A program made the translations under genes and the position numbers. Positions 56,643 through 64,000 of a stretch of 64,000 nucleotides of DNA are shown here, in pieces. This stretch comes from Octopus vulgaris (taxonomy: Eukaryota), in the NCBI GenBank assembly GCA_951406725.2, contig OX597814.1:18662001-18726000 (forward strand). The letters run 5' to 3'. The notes beneath the pieces were generated by a model. The model saw only the letters and a list, made by a program, of their open reading frames with translations, was not told the DNA's origin and searched no databases. The first letter of the stretch is position 1. Every line of letters begins with the position of its first letter.

Positions 56643-57779
56643 TATACGCTTTTATATATGAAAATATATTGTCTTATGTTTGTATTACGCATGTGAACTA
56701 CTGGAAATAAATTATTCAAATTTTCTACCCTTATGATTTACACAATAAAACTTCCTAATTCTGAAGCTTATAGTACGAGGTTTAAAATTAATTATTTGCT
56801 GCTGCCTATGTGAATGTGCCGGCGCACTTGATTTGAATCCATAATGTTATAAGGATGCAGCTCAGACGTGTTTTTTTTGTACATATTAAGCTACATAATT
56901 ATGCATTGTTTTAGCGATCCTACTGATGAACTACGGATGTCAAATTAATTTATTTGCTCATTAATAGGGAAACTCGAGCATGGGATTATCTAAAAAGAAT
57001 AATTCCTTTCATTCTTGTGCTTTATCGGCGTGCCTTTAGAATTATATTTTCGTGGTTTGGGTTTAACAACCATTTTAGCATGTAAGAAGTCCTGTCATGG
57101 GTTATTCTCTCTGTGTATATATCTTTACACACTCTTCTATATGAATATATATATATTTATATATATACATATATATCTGCTTCCTTTCTAATTCTATCTA
57201 TATATTTGTTTGTTCTATATTCATTTATCTATAGAAACGGTAATATTCATATCCTCCCTCTCTCTCTCTCTCTCTCTCTCCTTCTCTCACTCTATTTTCA
57301 CTCTCTTTTCTCTCTCTTCAGCTCTCTTTTCCCACTTTCTTTTTCTTTTCCACTCCTTCCCCAACTCTCGCACTTTTTCTCTTCCCGTCATTCAATCTCT
57401 TACTTTTTACATCAATTTCTTCATCAGAATGGCAAAGCCTCTTTGTACGCATCTACCACACCTTCATCACTGCAGTTTTTCTTATTTCTCTCAACGCACT
57501 ACGTTTTATTATATATATTCATATATTTGTGGTTGTATCCCATCCCCTTTGCAATGTATCTATCAATCAATCTATATACCTACTACCTTTCTCTCTCTCC
57601 GACTCTCTTTCTCCCTACCTCTTCCTCTGCTTTCTCCTACTCCCAGTACGTTCTGTGTTACACATACACACACACACACACATATATATTTGCGCGTTTC
57701 AAGGTGTATGTATTATGCTATCATCCTTTCTTTCTGTCAAATCTAGCTTATCCTCTCTATCTGTCTATATGTCTGTCCG

Positions 57780-57844
<65 letters not shown>

Positions 57845-57845
57845 A

Positions 57846-57927
<82 letters not shown>

Positions 57928-57932
57928 CCTTT

Positions 57933-57977
<45 letters not shown>

Positions 57978-58137
57978 ACTTCTATACTATTTCCTTCTAT
58001 CAGTAATATCTCTATATGTCTATCTCTCTATACTTCGATTCAAATTTAACATACCTCCCATCTCTCTCATTCTCTCTATTCTTCCTCTCTCAGAGACCAT
58101 ACATATAAACATATACATACATATATACATACATACA

Positions 58138-58173
<36 letters not shown>

Positions 58174-58870
58174 TATATGTATATATATATATTCCCTAGA
58201 CCTCCAACAACACTCCTGCACCTTCCTTCCAACTTCTTCCCTTGTGCAACACTCACTTTCCCTCTCATTCTTTCTCCTCCCATTCTCTTACGCTGACCCA
58301 CCGCCAGAGAGAATCAAACTGTATCAAGCCGATGCAATTTCTCCAACTAATCCTTTAATTCGCCAGGATTTGTCTTCTATACCATTGCAACTAATGACTG
58401 GATATATCCTACATTCAACAATGAAGATGGATGTTTGCACACGACGTTTCAACCCAACGAACGCTTTACTTCCTTCCTATTTTTCTTTCTATCTGCTTTT
58501 TCTTGCACTTGTTTCTTATAACCAATAAGCAAATACATATAAATGTATGTATGTATAAATATATATTTATATATATATATGTATAAATGTATATATGTAT
58601 AAATTTACATACATATATTACATACACACACACGCACACACATATATATATAAAGAGAGTGAGAGAGCATTGGAGAAGGAAACGAACGTAGATGGACACA
58701 TATTTTATATACCATGCAATATATGAAACATTATATAGGTATATATACTATATACCTTTAAGTGTGTGTTTGTTTGTGTGTATGTTCGTGTGTGTATACA
58801 TGCATATATCATATATAAATGCATAGAGAGTATGTACACATATACATATCTATGTACATATATATATGTT

Positions 58871-58918
<48 letters not shown>

Positions 58919-58929
58919 CATACATGTTT

Positions 58930-59009
<80 letters not shown>

Positions 59010-59011
<2 letters not shown>

Positions 59012-61067
59012 GTAGCTGCTGAACAAGAATCTTTTTTGTGCCTGGCACAAAAGATTGCACAGCAGCTAACCTGGCTCCATCAAACTCAAACTCGCAGATG
59101 GGACTATCCACAATACACAAGACCGCCACAGCAAATAGACCCAAGGTGGACACCGCCGGCAACAGCATACACCTCACCTCGATGCTCCTACTGAACATCA
59201 GAGGACTGCTAACACTCAGTGATAATACAAAAATCCCGTTCTTGAGAGACTTTGTTGCATGCAATCAATCCTTATGCATAGCACTTACGGAAACACACCT
59301 GAAACCGGACATAGCAGATGCGGAATTACACATACCACAGTATGTTGTACTACGGACCGACAGAAAAGAAAGGAGACATGGAGGATTTGCTATGTACATC
59401 CGTGAGGACCTCACACCCCAGGTCCTTTTGTCATACTCAAACTCGGTGTGTGACACACTAATTGTACATATAAGGCAACTTGGTGTAATTGTGTGTGCTA
59501 CATATCGCCCTCCAGATGCCCCAAACCATATAGGCAAGTTTGAAGACTGCCTTATAAAAATAGAAGAAGTTCTAGTCACATTAGAACAACACATAAGTGT
59601 ACTTCTTATAGGAGACTTCAATCTACCCAATGTCAGATGGCCCGAGGGCCTTTCTCTCCCAGGATGACACGATGTGAACGAGGACAGGCGAGGTCCCTCC
59701 TGAACCTTATCATCACCCTGTACATGGAGCAAGTAATACTCTATCCAACCAGGGCAGGTAACATACTGGACCTCTGCTTCACAAATAATATGGATCTCAT
59801 CCATAATGTGAAAGTGACACCGACACTACTCTCGGATCACAACATGGTAGAGCTGACTATGTACGGGCCAAAGGAAAGCATGGACATGCAGCCTACAAGA
59901 AACTCACAGAATCTTTCCAGCTTGAACTTCCATAAGGCAAACTGGAAACAAATTGAAAAGAGATCCTCAAACAAAACTGGCCTGAATGTCTCTCCTCACC
60001 AGACATCGACATGAAACTTCAACAATTCATGTCTGTAATGCAAGCCATATGCTACAAATGTGTCCTGTACACAGGAGCAAAATTCCCAGAGAGAGGAAAT
60101 TCTAATGAGACGGCTCAAAAGTTTCAAATCGCCTAAACAAACACATTGAAAGCAGTGAAAAGTCCGCCTGAAAATAAAACTGTTGGAAATTGAAAAATGT
60201 CTGCAACTCTACCATGAAAAAGATAGGGCACACAAAGAAGCCTGGGCTATAGACAACATAAGATCTAACCCTAGAGCTTTCTACAGGTATGCCAAAGAAA
60301 CAGCTACGGTGCACTGGAGGATAGGGCCACTCCTTGAAAAGGAAGGCACACTCACAGGAAATCCAATGAAATACTAAATGAGCAATTCAAGAATGTTTTC
60401 ACTCCACCCCTTGGGCATTTCCAAATCAGCAATCCAACTGACTTCTTTACCACTGCAGATATAAAATCAGAGGCAGCGATGATTTATTAGATCAATATAA
60501 AGGAAGACGATGTAATAAAGGCTATAGATGAAATGAAAACAAACTCAGCTACTGGCCCCGATGGATTCCCGGCAATCCTTCTAAAAGTATGTAAGAGAGT
60601 CCTAGCAAGACCACTGCAGTTCCTCTTTCAGAGCTTCCTTGCAATTGGCAAACTTCCAAGAAAACTGAAGGAAGGTAAAATATGCCCTATTCATAAAGGA
60701 GGTAGCAGAGCGGAGGCCAAGAACTACAGACCTATCTCTCTGACCTCACACATCAGCAAGGTCATGGAACGAATAACCAGAAGGAAACTAATCACCTTCC
60801 TTGAAGAAAATGACTTGCTGCCTGACACCCAACATGGTTTCCGACCAGGAAGAAGCTGCTTAACTCAGTTCCTACAACACTATGACTAGGTGCTGAAACG
60901 ACTGCTCAACCACTCAAATGTGGAAGTGATATATCTCGACTTTGCAAAGGCCTTTGATAAAGTCGATCATGGAATGATATGTCACAAACTGCATGATATT
61001 GGCATAGTTGGAAAATTGGGAGAATGGCTTCATGACTTTCTGAAGGATAGAAGTCAGGTGGTAGTAG

Positions 61068-61072
<5 letters not shown>
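59010..61072 (+). pseudogene. CR1/L2-group LINE ORF2 fragment: AP endonuclease and N-terminal RT, with stops and frameshifts
   Basis: LLNIRGL, IALTETHL, RTDR..RHGG, YRPP, GDFNLP, PTRAGNILDL, LSDH (APE); GPDG, NYRPISLTS...KVME, QHGFRPGRSC, YLDFAKAFDKVDH (RT). Bounded by (TA)n on both sides. Confidence 0.93.
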
Positions 61073-61129
<57 letters not shown>

Positions 61130-61304
61130 ATACAAGCCTTCAACTATACGTGCATTTCATCACATAGCAGAAATAGTTGAGAGCTAAGTTGACATAATTT
61201 CTCATTACTTCTTAATTTTCATTGCTTATATGTGTGTGTGTTTGTGTGTGTGTATGTGTGTGCGCGCATGTTTATGTATGTGTGTATGTATTTAATATAT
61301 TGAA

Positions 61305-61350
<46 letters not shown>

Positions 61351-61500
61351 CATCACGCGTACTACGCCCCCCCCTAAGAAAAAATGACCTAAGATATAAA
61401 GTACAGTGTATATATAATATTGCAAGCTAAATCGCGAGACAGTAAAATATGGATACATGTCTCTGTCCATAGCCTTTCTTATATCCAGGTTTGTAAACAC

Positions 61501-61554
<54 letters not shown>

Positions 61555-61659
61555 GCACAAATATACACATGCACTCATACAAACTCACACACATATTTAT
61601 TTATATGTATATACACAAACATGTAGGAAGTAAATAGAAACCTTTAATTTTCAAAATTT

Positions 61660-62030
61660 CTAAACTAAGTGTCTTATAAACTCTGAAAAATTCATCGAAA
61701 TACTTAAGCCAGTTCTACTTCCGATGTATTCAAACGATAACATAACGAAAACTGAAATTTTATTCATGGAAGATGGTGCTCCATGCCACACAGAGAAAAG
61801 GAATCAACAATGGCTGACAAAAAAAAGGGGTCAAAAAGCTTCCTTGGTCGAGCCAATCTCCTGACATGAACCCAACTGAAAATCTTTGGAGCATACTAGA
61901 TAAAGCTATACGAAAAACTCGACAGAAGGTAGAAATTCCACAAAAGACAATCACAAGAGACAATCATCGGTTCAACGCCAAAAAGAGTTTCTGAATTAAA
62001 AACTGCAAAGGGAATGTCAACTAAATACTA
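61660..62030 (+). pseudogene. Tc1 transposase C-terminal remnant
   Basis: Plus strand FMEDGAPCHT, W..QSPDMNPTENLWSIL and AKGMSTKY-stop. Confidence 0.8.
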
Positions 62031-62123
62031 AAGTATTCGTAGTATACCTAAAGTATTTCAGTTGTTTACTTTGCATTGCAAGTAAAAGAATTTGAAAATT
62101 CAAGGTGTCTATTTACTTCCTGC

Positions 62124-62195
<72 letters not shown>

Positions 62196-62288
62196 ATAAT
62201 GAAAATTCGGGAATGAATCCAAAATTACAGGGAAAAATCAGATTTAGGGTTAAATCCAATTTTATAGTAAAATATTATATAATATAAT

Positions 62289-62465
62289 TCGAGACAAAAC
62301 CACTATTTTAAAACCAAACAAGGAAAGACTTAATCAATACATAAAATTTTAATATAAATTAAATAAAATAAATAAAATAAATAAATAAAATAAATTTATT
62401 TAATTTATATTAAAATTTTATATTGATTAAGTCTTTCCTTGTTTGGTTTTAAAATATATTTTGTC

Positions 62466-62469
<4 letters not shown>
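62289..62469. repeat. AT-rich inverted repeat (~75-80-bp arms)
   Basis: tcgagacaaaa...aaaccaaacaaggaaagacttaatcaata...aaattaaataaa mirrored by tttatttaattt...tattgattaagtctttccttgtttggttt...ttttgtctcga. Confidence 0.85.
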
Positions 62470-62521
<52 letters not shown>

Positions 62522-62569
62522 TACATACATACATACATACATACATACATACATACATACACACATACA

Positions 62570-62718
62570 TACGACGGGTTTCTTTCAGTTTCCGTCTACC
62601 AAATCCACTCCTAAGGCCTTTGGTCGGCCCGAGTCTAAAGAAGACACTCGCCCAATGTGCCACGCAGTGGGTCTGAACCCGGAAGCAAGCTACTTACCAC
62701 ACAGCCACTCCTGCACCT
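62570..62718 (-). mobile_element. SINE family A, 5' half
   Basis: Head on the minus strand, truncated at the central microsatellite. Confidence 0.85.
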
Positions 62719-63360
62719 ACAAAATCATTAAAGAAAAAAAAAAGGCTGATAGCTGATTTGAAATCGAGTAACTTGAATAATCATGAACTGTAAATGATCG
62801 TTATTAAAGCACACCCTCAAATTACGAATTGAAAATATTGGTATATATTCAATGGTTTCAACATCTGAATATATGTAATGATGAATATGCTTATGTTAGG
62901 CATATGATGTCAATACAATCTCTTGTCTCGTTGGTAACAGTCCGATACGTGCAATGTTTTCATTCTGAAGTGCAAATGTTGCAAATGTTGTATTGTCCGT
63001 GGTTTATTCTGCGTTATATGCAATCATTTCTATTGGGGTCCCTGCTGTAGAATTAAAAGTTATATTGAAAATCCCTTTTGGATAGAAAAGGCTATTATGT
63101 ATAGCAATTTGTACTTCGTGATCCATAGCTCGATAAAGGAATGTGTGTGTGTATACATACATACACGTCGGAGTTCATCCCAGTTCCGTTTATCAAGTTT
63201 CATTCAAATGATATTATGATATTATGATATTGCTGAATCCGCAACAAATCGGCCTCATGTATAACTGTCTCTTACAACAGATAGATAAAAAGCTGAAGTC
63301 ATCAAAATTGACATGACCTGAACACAGAAAGTAAAAGGGAAGCTTTTAATATTATTATTA

Positions 63361-63464
<104 letters not shown>

Positions 63465-63527
63465 TACTACTACTACTACTACTACTACTATTACTACTAC
63501 TACTACTACTACTACTAGTACTACTAG

Positions 63528-63610
<83 letters not shown>

Positions 63611-63952
63611 GTACTACTACTACTACTAATAATAATAATAATAATGACAAGAATAAGAACGTATGCGTTCACACGGTATATATACGAATATACGCCATTT
63701 TACACAATGGATACATCGTTATCAGATTCTTTTATCGGATGTGACTATTTATAAAATTATCCGATAACTGCAGTCTAGATTCTATTAAAAACACACTCGA
63801 TGTAACGATATCTCCTCTGAGTATACTATCACGTATCTAATAAAGAATAGATCTAATGTAACGAACATATATAACTACAAGTGAGATATGTCTAAATCAG
63901 TTCACACGTTTCGGATGAAATTCATAGGAAATTATTATCATCATCATCATCA

Positions 63953-64000
<48 letters not shown>

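Noticed and set aside
56922-56945. CTGATGA motif
   Set aside because: No stem II or GAAA downstream.

Overview
AT-rich, microsatellite-saturated eukaryotic DNA. The repeat landscape (long (TA)n, (TATG)n, (ATT)n and (GATA)n tracts, several tRNA-derived SINE families, R4/Dong, CR1-like, Tx1/L1-like and Penelope-type remnants) suggests an octopus or other coleoid cephalopod genome; this is an inference. No intact protein-coding gene can be demonstrated, and almost all ORF-track entries are translated microsatellites. Supported features: degenerate mariner and Tc1 transposons (one Tc1 with both TIRs and TA TSD), a CR1/L2-type EN-RT fragment, R4/Dong and Tx1/L1 fragments, many SINE copies (several with TSDs) and a near full-length 7SL/SRP RNA-like sequence with a shortened helix 6. 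The most notable observations are: (1) minimal hammerhead-ribozyme motifs with different catalytic-core variants (canonical, U3-A8, G3-C8, A6U, U4C), two of them inside a 425-bp palindrome; (2) a TSD-bounded retroelement with only an ORF1/gag-like frame and no RT, inserted in a SINE tRNA-like head; (3) modular head/body/tail shuffling among SINEs, including a SINE tail shared with a Tx1/L1-like LINE; (4) closely spaced inverted SINE copies that could form long dsRNA. All alignments and folds were done by eye.
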